A stretch of 64,000 bases of DNA from Mustelus asterias (taxonomy: Eukaryota): positions 76,818,001 through 76,882,000 of the forward strand of contig NC_135805.1 in assembly GCF_964213995.1 (NCBI RefSeq), given 5' to 3'. How positions within the stretch are numbered: the first letter of the stretch is position 1; every line of letters starts with the position of its first letter. Below, piece after piece: positions 35,900 through 47,936 of this stretch. The notes under the pieces were generated by a model. That model saw nothing but the letters and a program-made list of their open reading frames with translations. It made no database searches and was not told the origin of the DNA. The translations under genes and the position numbers were made by a program.

Positions 35900-38800
35900 C
35901 GTATCGGAGGTCCGCACCGTCTCTGCGACCTCCGCAGTACCGGCTCCGGTGTCGGTTCTGGTGACCGTGGTGATGACCCTCTCTCCGAGGTGGTGTCCAG
36001 TGACTTCTCCAGTTCCTCACACACCTGTGGACCTCAAGGTGGCGACAATCTCCTGGACTCAGGCAAGCTGTACACGGGAGTAAGAGGATTAAGTTGAGGT
36101 CCCGATGCTGGCCGTGTCGAGTCAGGAGGGGAGAGAATGGACAAAGGAATCCTAACCAGGCGTGCGGGAGTGACGGGAATGTCCAGGTCCCCTGCAGGCG
36201 CCAGATCTCTGATAGAGACCGTGTCCTCTCGCCCATCAGGATATGCCACATAGGCATATTGAGGGTTGGCGTGGAGGAGATGGACCTGTTCAACCAAAGG
36301 GTCGGACTTGCGGGCCCTAACATGCCGCCGCAGGAGGACAGGTCCTGAGTACGTCAACCAAGACGGCAGTGAGGTCCCAAAGGAAGACTTCCTAGGGAAG
36401 GTAAACATCCGCTCATGTGGGGTAGCGTTGGTTGCCGTACACAGGAGGGATCGGATTGAATGGAGCGCATCAGAAAGTACCTCTTGCCAACGGGAGACTG
36501 GAAGACCCTTAGACCTCAACGCCAGTAAAACAGCTTTCCAGACTGTAGCGTTTTCTCTCTCGACCTGTCCGTTACCCCTGGGGTTGTAACTCGTAGTCCT
36601 ACTCGAGGCAATTCCCTTAGAGAGCAGGTATTGCCTCAAGTCGTCGCTCATAAATGACGAACCCCTATCACTGTGGATATTACTGGGGTAACTGAACAGG
36701 GTAAAGAGACCCCACAGGGCTTTGATGACCATGGCAGAGGACATATCAGAACATGGGATGGCAAAAGGGAATCGGGAGTACTCATCAACCACGTTGAGGA
36801 AATACACGTTCCGATCTGTAGAAGGAAGGGGCCCCTTGAAGTCGACACTCAGTCATTCAAACGGGCGAGTGGCCTTAATGAGGTGTGCCCTGTCAGGCCG
36901 GTAGAAGTGCGGCTTGCATTCTGCACAAACTTGGCAACTTCGAGTTATCGACCTGACATCCTCGATGGAGTAGGGCAGATTGCGAGCCTTTACAAAATGG
37001 AAAAACCGAGTGATCCCCAGATGGCAGAGATCATTGTGGAGGGCCAGTAACTGGTCCTCCTGCACACTGGCACATGTTCCACGCGACAGGGCATCTGAGG
37101 GCTCATTGAGCTTCCCTGGACGGTACATGATATCATAGTTGTAGGTGGAGAGTTCGATTCTCCACCTCAAGATTTTATCATTCTTTATGTTCAACAACAC
37201 GTTAAAAGGGAAAATCAAGGCCACGGACATCTGGTCCGTGAGCAGGGTAAACCGTTTACCAGCCAAATAATGGCGCCAATGCGTACGGCCTCCACAATGG
37301 CCTGGGCCTCTTTTTCCACAGAGGAGTGCCGAATTTCAGGGCCTTGGAGAGTGCGGGAGAAAAAGGCGACGAGCCTGCCCGCCTGGTTAAGTGTGGCGGC
37401 CAGGGCGAAATCAGATGCATCACTCTCCACCTGAAAGGGGATGGACTCATCGGCAGCGTGTATCGTGGCTTTCGCGATGTCGGCCTTCATCCTTTCAAAG
37501 GCTCGGCGAGCCTCTGTTGTCAGGGGAAAAGAGGTAGATTTTATGAGCGGACGGGCTTTGTCCGCGTAATTGGGGACCCACTGTGCATAGTACGAGAAGA
37601 AGCCTAAGCATCTTCTCAGTGCTTTGATGCTAGTGGGTAGGGGAAGTTCAAGGAGGGGACGCATACGGTCTGGATCAGGGCCGATGACCCCGTTTTCCAC
37701 CACGTATCCGAGGATTGCTAGGCGGTGCTTGCTGAATACGCACTTCTCCTTGTTATAGGTCAGGTTCAGGAGATTTGCAGTGCGTAGAAACTTCTGGAGG
37801 TTGGCGTCATGGTCCTGCTGGTCATGGCCGCAGATAGTGACGTTGTCCAGGTATGGGAAGGTAGCCCGTAGCCCGTTTTGGTCCACCATTCGGTCCATCT
37901 CGCGCTGGAAGACCGAGACCCCATTAGTGACGCCGAAAGGGACTCTCAAAAAGTGGTAGGGACGGCCATCCGCCTCAAAGGCCGTGTATTTGCGGTCCTC
38001 TGGGTGAATGGGGAGCTGGTGGTAGGCTGACTTCAAGTCGATGGTGGAGAACACCCGGTACTGCGCAATCTGGTTGACCATGTCAGATATGCGCGGGAGA
38101 GGGTACGCGTCCAGCTGCGTGTACCTATTAATGGTCTGACTATAGTCTATGACCATCGGGGGCTTGTCTCCAGTCTTGACCACCACGACTTGTGCTCTCC
38201 ATGGGCTAGTGCTAGGTTGGATGACCCCTTCCCTGAGGAGCCGCTGAACCTCAGATCGAATAAAGATCCGATCCTCAGCGCTGTAACGCCTGCTCTTAGT
38301 CGTGATGGGCTTGCAGCCTGGCATGAGATTTTCAAATAGGGAAGGCAGGGTAATTTTGAGTGTCGAGAGACTGCATGTGGAGCGCGCTGGACAATTTGGA
38401 GGCTGCTGTGTTCCCACTGAAAGAGGAGGGAGTGGCCCATCGTACTGCAGGGTCACACTCCTCAGGTGGACCATAAAGTCTAGCCCCAGGAGTACCGGAG
38501 CGCAAAGGTGCGGTAACACGAGGAGCCTGAAGTTCTCATAAACTGTGCCCCGCACCGTTAAGGTTACCACACAGCTCCCAAGAACGACTATAGATCGGGA
38601 CCTCAACGCCATGGAGATTGTCTGCCTGACAGTTTGCACATGGAGAGCGCACCGTTTCACTGTATCCGGATGGATAAAGCTCTCCGTGCTCCCGCTGTCA
38701 AACAGGCAATGAGCCAGACGTCCGTTTACCTCAATGTCCATCATGGACTTGTCGAGTCTGTGAGGCTTGGCCTGGTCCAGGATGATTGACGCCACTGTTG

Positions 38801-39851
38801 GATCCCAAGTGTAACTGCAGGCAGCTGAGATAGCCGACGACGAGGACCCCTGCTGGTCTTCTGCGGCCGGTGTCGACCAAAATGGCTGCGCCCACGGATC
38901 GCACGTGGTTGATGATGTCGAAAATGGCGGCACCCGCAGGTTGCACGTGGCTTGCGTCGTCGTCATAGGAAATGGCGGCGTCCGTGGCTCGCACGTGGCT
39001 GAAGACATCGACAAGGCCGGAGACGAGGAGATGGATCCTGGGGAGTCACACGCAGCACTGCTGGGCTTGGAAGGGGTCTTTGCTCGGCACAGTTTTGCAT
39101 AGTGCCCTTTCTTTCCACAGGCGGAGCAAAACACCGTCCTGGCCGGACATCTCTGACAAGAGTGCTTCGCCAATCCACAGAAATAGCACCGTGGGCCTCC
39201 AGGAGCTGCCGCAGCCGTCAGGTCTGAAGCTGAGAGCATGATCGCGCAGTTCCGAGGAGCCGCCGAGTACAGTTGAGGCGGTGGCTGTGCTTGCCATGCT
39301 GTTCCCACGTGGTCAGTGGGGTAGGTTTCGAGATTTCTGGAGGCCGTTTCCATTGCATCGGCCAATTCTACCATCTTAGCCAGGTCCAAGTTACCCTGTT
39401 CGAGCAGCCGCAGGCGAATATAGGATGAGCCGATTCCCGCCACGAACGCGTCTCGGATAAGATCGTTGGTGTATTGAGTAGCCGACACCTCCTTGCAGTT
39501 GCAGGCTCTGGCTAGCTATTGAAGTTCGCGCAGGTACTGTCCCGTAGTTTCACCGGGCTGCCGCCGTCGAGTGGCTAATAGGTGATGAGCATGGATTTCG
39601 TTCGGCTGTTTATGGTACAGCTTCTTGAGTAATTCGATGGCCTCTTTGTAATTTTGGGAATCACAGATTGTTGCATACACAGTGTCGCTCACCCTGGCGT
39701 GGAGGACCCGCAATCTGTCGGCGTCGGACTGGACTGCTGTCGAGACGTCGATGTAATCTTCAAAACACTTCAACCAATGGTCGAAAGTGTTTGACACTCC
39801 AGCTGCACGCGGATCTAAGGTTAGCCGATCGGGTTTCAGCATCTACTCCAT
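35900..39851 (-). pseudogene. Gypsy single-frame gag-pol, disrupted
   Basis: Zinc knuckles (CSACGKKGHYAKLC), protease LFDSGS, RT IDLKSAYHQ / PFGVTN / YLDN, RNase H SDASD, integrase HHCC and D..D..E (VDFKG, HSDRG, QVERE). In-frame stops near 39844, 39517 and 36854; frameshift near 37280. Confidence 0.95.
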
Positions 39852-39895
39852 TTTTCTTCGAACAAAATTTTTGATTTTATTGTTGTGAATAAAAT

Positions 39896-40172
39896 TGATG
39901 CGCGATTGATCCACACGGGAGACAAGGTCATACCCGGGAATAAAGACTTTTATTCACAACAAGAATAGAGCACACTGCTTAACAATACTATCCCAGACTA
40001 AGGGCTACTAGGAAGTAGCAGTGACCTTTATACCCCTGTAAGAAGGCAGGGCCAAACGGAGTGTACCACAGAACAATGCTAACAGGTGGAACACCCCAAC
40101 CCTAACCCCAACAGCAACAAGAATAACATATGTACAAGTACCCATAGTGGTAACCATCTATGGTTCACCACA
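39896..40172 (-). repeat. Gypsy 5' LTR (TATAAA and AATAAA on the minus strand)
   Basis: Direct repeat of 35547-35823, upstream of gag. Confidence 0.97.
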
Positions 40173-40989
40173 ATGTGCAATACCTTTCTCTCAGCTGTTC
40201 CAACCTATGTTCAAACTAAATATAAAATAATGACAGAAAGTACATAAAGGAGCATTCAGAAACTTTAATCTTTTGTCCCTAATATTCATCCTAGGTTCAT
40301 CTTAGTTGTAGACAGCTGGCATGCTCCAGTATTACAGATTTCTACCAATTTTTAGATTGTTATATGCACATAAACAGATACAGTTTGGGGAAATAAGACT
40401 TGTTTTTCTCTTTGAGATGTTAATGTAGTGATTTGCAAAGCATTTTGGTTGACAGACTCCTCTTCAAATGGATTTGTAATCAGGGACCCCCTGATACATT
40501 TATATTGTATGCCATATAATACGTACAACAGGAAAGTGTTGCATGTTCAGAGTCCTTTTAAGAAAACGGGTATCTATTAGGGTAGCATTTTGAAGACTAT
40601 TTCATGGATGTAGGCACTGATGAAACCAATCAGGCAAACCAAAGATAAAGGATTGAAATGACTCCACTAACATTTTGGTCCATGTCAACTGCATTGCACT
40701 GAATGTGGCTAAACATTGTCTGTTTATTGCATGCATATCCAACCAGTTCACAGATCACATCGAATACAAACATCTATTGGTCAAATCATTATTACCAGCA
40801 TTTTCAATCTATTTAGATTTTTAATAGGCTTAAACTGGAGTGTTACTTTAATTTAAAAAGTTGACTTTCCATAAACAGACCAATTTTCTATCTTCCAATT
40901 CTATTACAGAGTACTCATTTGAACAAGACACCTTTGGAAATACTTTACAGACTTGTGAAAATGCAATCCAGTTTCTCAGTGTTACTTAA

Positions 40990-41870
40990 TCAACAACACC
41001 TTAAATTTATATAGCGCCTTTAATATAATCCCTGGGGTCTTTACAGGAGGATGATAAAATAAAGATGACACTGAGCCACATGAAAAGATATGGGGTTAAA
41101 TTTAATGCATCCTATTGATATGGGGAAAATGAGTGATCAGGCCCACTTAATTGTGGGAGAGGCCCTGTGTCAGTTTTCCTTCTTGAAGTTACAAAGCCAA
41201 TGCTCAGAGTGGACCAGGCGGATTTGAATCCATCTCCTTGCTTGCTCCAAAAACCAAATTCAAATTCAAATTAAATCCAATTCATGGTCTTCACAAGGGA
41301 GACAAAACCCAAGCTGATAAGATAAGGCATCGCACCCCATCTTAGGCTTCATCCAATGTTTAGGGTGAGATGTCAATTAGGCTTATTAATGAGACAATTG
41401 ATACCCAGTATCCTGAGCCCATCGCACATTAGTGGTGGTTTACAGATTAAATGGCTTTCCAGCGCACTTAAACAATTGCCCAGCAAGCCCTGTTGGCTTC
41501 CCAGTGAGGGGGCACCTGGCAGTCAGGCATTCTGCATCCAATCAAGAGACCTGTGATCAGTCAGGTGGTGGCCACTGAAATCCGAGTCTCTTAAAGGGAA
41601 AAACAAAGTAGAGCAGTGCAGTAAAGGAATTGCAGTACTTAAGTCCTTGGCAACTGAAGGCACAGCCACCAATGGTGGAGCAGTTAAATTGGGAGTGCGC
41701 AAGAAGCCAGAATTAGAGGAGCGTAGATACCTCTGCAAGTTGTGAGGTTGAAGGAGTTTACAAAGGTAGGGAGGCGCGAAGATGAAGAGGGATTTGAAAA
41801 CAAGAATGGGAATTTTAAAATTAAGACATTGCTTGACCGGGAGTCAATGTAGGTCAGCAAGCATGGGGGT
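40990..41870 (-). mobile_element. L2 3' fragment interrupted by a Harbinger-like non-autonomous element (~41092-41590)
   Basis: caacaac...tttatatagcgcctt tail; 41600-41870 is the reverse of the L2 3' region seen at 15300-15540. Confidence 0.6.
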
Positions 41871-43041
41871 GATAACCATTCAAGGAATTTACATGATGAC
41901 GACACAATAGAAAATTTAAGTAAGAGAAACTGACATATTTTCCACAATTTCAAGAATCAAACAAACAAGAGATTACTTTAAACAGCAAGGGAAGGTCTGT
42001 CATTGGGTCCTGCAATTACACTATATAACAATTACATTGTTAAACCAATTGCATTGTTAAAGACATGTGATAAGCATTGGATAACCTATAAATTGACACA
42101 TTTATTTCATTTTGCTTCAGAAGAGTATAAATGGACACAGCTGTAACAGTGAGGGTTGAAGAAATGAGGAGAGTGTGCCACTTTTGTTAAATGTCTCATG
42201 AACAAATCCGCTTGAGGGAAAAGACTAACTTTAAGCTTATTCTTCCGTTGTATATGATTATTGTAATTAACATGGCTAAGCAGCATTGTAATAGGTGGGG
42301 GCATGAGTTGGCAGAGGGGCCCTGGAGAGTGGATGAGAAGGCAGTTAGTGCGAGGGGCTATAGGGTCCAACAGTTTTTGTTCCAAATGGGGCAAATGTTT
42401 GCGACGGGCCCTTTTAAGCCAAGGGGAGTCTACTGACTTGGGAAATTTACTGACTTGAGCTGATTGCCTTGGCAGTGAAAATCCAGCACTCAGAGTAGTG
42501 AGATTTGGAGACTGTATTTTAGTTTAGTTTGAAAATTTGCCAATGTATTTACTCATCTATCTCCTTCCAACAATGTAACAGCTCTTTCTTGCTTCTTTAA
42601 CCTAAGCTGAATAAATTCAGTGCAATGAAGGAAAATTGGAACAACTTCCGTTTCATTGCCAGATCTGTGTTTTCCTCTCATCAGCCCCAGCAGTAGCATC
42701 ACAGTCAGATTTATCATTGCCTGTTATGTGATCTTAGTCCAATGCAATCCTCCTGGCGATGATGTTCAGGGTTCTGATTCATTCACCAGTGATGGAGAAG
42801 ATGGATATTCAGTCCAGTTGCACTGATTAAATGAAATGTTAATCATTGAAGCAATTGAAGATGGCTGAACTCAAGGAACTCCTTTAGTGATGACCTAGTG
42901 CTGCGATGGTTAACTTTCTGTTACCAAACTATCTTTCTTTGTGCTTGGTATAATCCTACTTCAGTGTTTTCCCTGGATGTTCGCAGTAAGAAGTCTCTCA
43001 ACACCAGGTTAAAGTCCAATAGGTTTATTTGGTAGCAAAAG

Positions 43042-43078
43042 CCACTAGCTTTCAGAGCGCTGCCCCTTCGTCAGGTGA
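43042..43078 (-). ncRNA. Minimal hammerhead ribozyme motif
   Basis: tcac-CTGACGA-a-ggggc-agc-gctct-GAAA-gc-TA-gtgg. Confidence 0.8.
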
Positions 43079-43244
43079 GTGGGAGTTCTGTTCACAAACA
43101 GGGCATCTAAAGACACAAACTCAATTTACAAAATAATGGTTGGAATGCGAGTCTTTACAGGTAATTAAAGACTCACATTCCAACCATTATTTTGTAAATT
43201 GAGTTTGTGTCTTTATATGCCCTGTTTGTGAACAGAACTCACAC

Positions 43245-43281
43245 TCACCTGACGAAGGGGCAGCGCTCTGAAAGCTAGTGG
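43245..43281 (+). ncRNA. Minimal hammerhead ribozyme motif
   Basis: Identical to the motif on the opposite arm. Confidence 0.8.
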
Positions 43282-43480
43282 CTTTTGCTACCAAATAAAC
43301 CTGTTGGACTTTAACCTGGTGTTGTGAGACTTCTTTACCCCAGTCCAACATCGGCATTTCCACATCATGACTTCCCTGGATGTTGTCAGGGATTGGATGA
43401 CCTAGAAAATCTGATTTATTCTTGTCCATCAATTTTTAAATCATTTGTGGGAGAGGGGCATTGTTGGCTAGGCCAGCATT

Positions 43481-43789
43481 TCATAGAGTCCTACAGTTGA
43501 GAAGGAAGCCTTTTGGCCCATTGAGTCTGCACCGACCACAATCCCACCCAGACCCTATCCCCATAACCCTAGTTAGTCCCCCTGACACTAAGGGGCAATT
43601 TAGCATAGCCAATCAACCTAACCCGCACATCTTTGGATTGTGGGAGGAAACTGAAGCACCCGGAGGAAACCCACGCAGCCACGAGGAGAATGTGCAAATG
43701 CCACACAGATAGTGACCCAAGCCGGAATCGAACCCGGGTCCCTGGAGCTGTGAGGCAGCAGTGCTAACCACTGTGCCACCATGCCACCC
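43481..43789 (-). mobile_element. HE1-type SINE, full length
   Basis: A and B boxes (tggcacagtgg, ggttcgattcc) on the reverse strand; inserted in an older LINE/SINE tail. Confidence 0.9.
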
Positions 43790-44529
43790 TTTACTGCGCA
43801 TCACTAATTTTCCTTTAGAAGGTGATGCTGAGTTGCTGCCTTGAACTGCTGCAGTCTATTAAATTACTTTTATTCAAAGCACACCTGCAAGTTTTGTTAA
43901 TTAAAGTCAAATTTTAAATCGATACTAATTTTTAAAAATGTAACTATTAAAAAAAACAAAAATAGTGTGGTGGAATCCATGGTATCAAAACTTTTTTTTT
44001 GGAGCCAGGCCCGAATTGAAAAAAAAGCTTGTTGGTTATTTGATGTCTGTCTCTTTAAGACAGAACACCATAAGAGGGTCACCTGACATGAGAGATCAAT
44101 GGGAACCAAGAGTGAGTGATCACACCAGAGAGAGAGAGAGTTCTCTCTCAGGCAGTTTTAATTCTGGAATCATATAGTAAGCATGTAAGAACTGGAGCTT
44201 GGTTCCAGGAAGCTTTAATGCCTCCTGTACCATAGTTTCTTTTTATCAATAAATACTTTCCTTGTTCCTAACAAAGTCTGAAACCTCTCTTAACAATTCC
44301 AGAAAGCAGCCACACAGAAATACAGAGCAAAACTGAAAAGGGAAACTGAGAAAAGAAGTTGACCCTCTCAGTTGCTAAGGAAGCTAAGACTGAAACTGAG
44401 ATGGGAAACCAAAACTTCTCATTGAAGCAATATAAAAGGACAGAGAGCCATCTGAGCTCTGATGCTCAGTAGTTGATGATCCCAGTAGTGCAGTACAGGT
44501 AGGTTGAAAAGATGGGCTAGACCCAGAAG

Positions 44530-44820
44530 CTGAGAGTAAATCACGCTGTTATTTTCAGTGGGAATTTCAGAATGAATCTCCCACACTCTGTGCACTGCAG
44601 ACTGCACTAGCGTGAATCTCACTGAAAATCAGTGGACAGGGCCTATTCCCACTGGAGAGGCTGGCAGCATAGCATGGAGCTGGCCATGGCACGTGCTGAT
44701 CTGTCAGGGCCGAGATCAGAGCTTGCACAGTGATCCTTGTCTGCCGGCCTCCTGATCACTGGCCAGCTCGATGCTGGTCAGCCCCACAACTCCGCATCAC
44801 CGGCTGTGCGATTCTCTAGA
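44530..44820 (+). mobile_element. Fragment of the same Harbinger family as 26852-28162
   Basis: gagtaaatc...cagaatgaatctc..actctgtgca...atctgtcag..cgagatcag matches ~26900-27100. Confidence 0.7.
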
Positions 44821-44824
44821 TGCT

Positions 44825-44940
44825 TTTGATTTGATTTATTATTGTCACATGTATTGGTATACAGTGAAAAGTATTGTTTCTTGCTTGCTATACAGACAAA
44901 GCATACCATTCATAGAGTACATAGGGGAGAAGGAGAGGAG
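44825..44940 (-). mobile_element. Rex1/Babar-type LINE 3'-end fragment
   Basis: (tttga)n tail and 3' UTR match 59451-59565. Confidence 0.75.
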
Positions 44941-44989
44941 ATGCTTCCCAGGGAGTCAGCAAAATAATCTCTCAAGCACGGCCACAATA

Positions 44990-45480
44990 GGTGTTATTGG
45001 TGGATATAGACTGTCTGACTATTTGACCTTTTCTAAAGTCATATGTTCCTTAAGCTGCAGTATGTCTGAAAGAGCATCATGAGCCACTCTGAAATTAATT
45101 CAGTCTCTTATGAGTTCCATCTTAAGGTCAGCACAGTAGCAACCTTCAGACAATCTGTACAATTTATTTATAAAAGAGTCCAGGCTGTTGAACACGTTTG
45201 TTGAATTTTGCTCTCTTTGAACTTAAATTGCTTTTTGGATTCAAATATCCATTGCATCGTTTTAAAACTTCATCAAATTTACCTGAAGATTTAATTATTC
45301 CTTGCATTGCAATCATATCATTGGCTAATGGACCTACTAAATAAAGTAGTGTATTCAGTTGTTCAGATTCTGTCTTTTTATCTAATCCTGCTATCATGTA
45401 TTCAGAATCCATTTCGCTGAAGTCCAACCTTTGTTTGGTCTGGTAATGTTAATTTGCTGTCCGTAGTTGCTTTAAGGTTC
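44990..45480 (-). mobile_element. Degraded Gypsy gag remnant
   Basis: GLDKK...QLNTLLY.VG...PKSNL..KRAKFNKRVQQPG resembles Gypsy gag. Confidence 0.65.
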
Positions 45481-46899
45481 AGGTGAGTAGAGCTTTAAAT
45501 GCTCAGCAGTTTAAAAAGATGGCACAACAGTAACTTTTTTGGAGAGTCTTTCCACATGGTGGGTTCTGCAGAGGTGGCTTGCCATTAGCTGCTGGCAGGA
45601 TCTCCCAGGTCCTGCTGCAGTCAGTGGACAATTCCTTTGCTTATCTGCTGTGCTGTTGGGGAATCTGCCATGGGGAATTGTCTTTGGTGGGAAGGGCTGG
45701 AAAACCTGGCCCTTTGTCTTTGAGTAACGTGCAGTACAAAACCAATCAACTATTCTGGGCTTTCCCTGCGATATTGGATTATTTTTGGCCTTTTGCAGTT
45801 TATTCCCAGCTTTGGTTGAGGTTTTTAAGCGTTTACAACAAGCTCAGTTGCTATATGGCATGGCACTGATTCTGAACCCAGGCTGGCTATGGTGCTTTTG
45901 GAAATGGGCTGAACTTAATTCTTCCCAAGTTGAGCACTTTTACCTTCAATATTTTCTGGCTTCTTTTCATAAATATTTTGAAGTTAATGATGTCGTGATC
46001 ACTGTTGATTAGATGATCTCTCACTGTTAAATACTCTACTTAACCTGTTTCAATTTCCCAGAATCATATCCAGCATTGCTGCCTTCCTTGATGGACTGCA
46101 GACATATTGGATGTAATTTTAGATATGCTGGGAGAGCTGGTGGTGGTGAGGGGCTGGGGTTTATGAAAAGAAGCCAGAAAATATTGAAGGTAAAAGTGCT
46201 CAACTTGGGAAGAATTAGTTTCAGTGATTTAATAAAGGGACCTAACACAAGTAGATTGGAAAGGGTGATTGAAAGGTAAAGCAGTTTCAGGAAGGGAAGG
46301 CATTTAGAGAAGAGATGGAACAAATTAGCCATCTGCTTTGGAAGGGAGTAGATAGAATATTAAGTTATTGCACATGAATGGCAAAGGAAATAAAGTTCCA
46401 AAAAAGAGAAAAAGGAAACACGTGCAAATGTCAGGAGCAAGATTCCATCAATAAGCAGGAAGATTATGGAAAGAATAGGAAGGAATTGGAAAAAAGAATC
46501 CAGGAGGGGAAGGAAGGAAGGTGAGAAAAGATCACCAGGCAACATTAAATTGAACCTAAAATATTTGTGTTCTCAGTTGAGTGGATTCCCAAAGGACAAG
46601 CAATTCCACGGGCCACTACCTGCTTGACCCATGTGACATACTTCATTAATATAATTTGAAGAAACCCATGCAGCACTGTCTTCCCCTGAGATTCGACATG
46701 GTCTGCGTTGCACAATGACTTTCTCCCCTATAAACTCTTAAGTGATTGACTACGGAAAAAGTATCTATCTCTGACCCAAAGGGGAATCTTCGCCTAAAGA
46801 AGAGGATGTGGCTAAAATATTAAGTGAATAGTTTGCATTGCTTTCACGAAAGAAGCAGATGATGTGAAGTTCACAATGAAAATTACAGGATTAGGATTT

Positions 46900-47105
46900 T
46901 ATTTTTAATGTATTCTTTCACGGGATGTGGACATTGCTGACAAGGCCAGCATTGTTGTCCATCCCTATTTGCTCTTGACCTAAGTGGCTTGCCACACCAT
47001 TTCAGAGAGCAGTTAAGAGGCAACCACATCACTGTGGGGGTGGCATCACATGTAGGCCAGATCAGGTAAGGATGGCAGACTTCCTTCCCTGAAAGGCATT
47101 AATGG
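46900..47105 (-). mobile_element. SINE 3' fragment (same family as 18898-19228)
   Basis: Reverse-complement match to 19040-19225. Confidence 0.7.
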
Positions 47106-47655
47106 GTGGCTTCAGAACAGCCTTGGTGATATCCCCTTGACTTTGCAGCAATTGCTCCCATGCTTACTTATAAACCAACAATGACTAAACATTAGAAGTA
47201 ACTCACTGGCTGAGAAGGGTTTTGAAATATCCGAAGGCAAATGTAAAATGTAATTTCTTTCTCTCCAACTGCAGGGCTTTTGCTCGATGACAAGATTAGA
47301 AACTCACTGGGGGTAAGTTGAACATTTAGCCACCTATAAACAGTGCCCAATGTTTCCTTTCAACTGAAGTCAGTGCAATGTAAGGGGATAATAACAATGT
47401 AATATTGATAATAACAATGTAATATTGATCCAATATTGCTCCTTTTTTCTTCTATCAGCAAAAGGTTACCGTGCCATATGTGGAAATTCAGATGCAAATA
47501 AATGGCCTAACATTCAGTACCATAATATTGTGCTAATATTAGCATCACTATTAATATCTCCTTAACTCACAATCAAGCAAAACCTCATAGCAGCCATTAG
47601 TAACAGCATTATGGTACATAATCAACAATACGGCATAAATTTTATACTTGCTTAC

Positions 47656-47729
47656 CCATGTATTTTGAGCTTGGGAATGATGGTTCTGTTTTGAAATCAA
47701 ATGGTATCAGAACATCATATGTTTCAAGC
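47656..47729 (-). CDS. TMEM244: TMEM244 internal coding exon (74 bp)
   Basis: The minus strand reads ttttccag|G CTT GAA ACA...TAC ATG G|gtaag and translates to LETYDVLIPFDFKTEPSFPSSKYM. This matches the PFDFKT.PS motif I recognise from vertebrate TMEM244. Its phase-1 end joins the next exon in frame. Confidence 0.93.
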
Positions 47730-47936
47730 CTGGAAAAATATAATCAACATTTTTATAGCAGAATTTCAACAATACACTTACTGGAGTATAAACAAATACT
47801 GAAATATAACAGAAACAGCATGATCCAATGACTAGAGATGAGTGATATTATTCTACATAACAATCACGCTCACAGTACCCTAAACTCTTTATTAAATTTT
47901 TAACAAGAAAGAAGAAAATATTAAAACATTTTTAAT

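Larger units (their letters stand above)
35547..40172 (-). mobile_element. Full-length Ty3/Gypsy LTR retrotransposon (4626 bp)
   Basis: Two 277-bp TG...CA LTRs with 3 differences; TSD ATGTG (35542-35546 / 40173-40177); polypurine tract ggaggggtgaa beside the 3' LTR; PR-RT-RH-IN domain order. Confidence 0.98.
42982..43371. mobile_element. Fold-back (inverted pLTR) Penelope-derived element with two hammerheads
   Basis: ~170-bp near-perfect inverted arms centred near 43162; exact 13-bp TSD ttccctggatgtt (42969-42981 / 43372-43384). Confidence 0.92.

Noticed and set aside
39516-39518. Programmed gag-pol read-through stop
   Set aside because: The TAG falls mid-gag, before the zinc knuckles. The element has other nonsense changes of the same C-to-T type, so decay is the simpler explanation.
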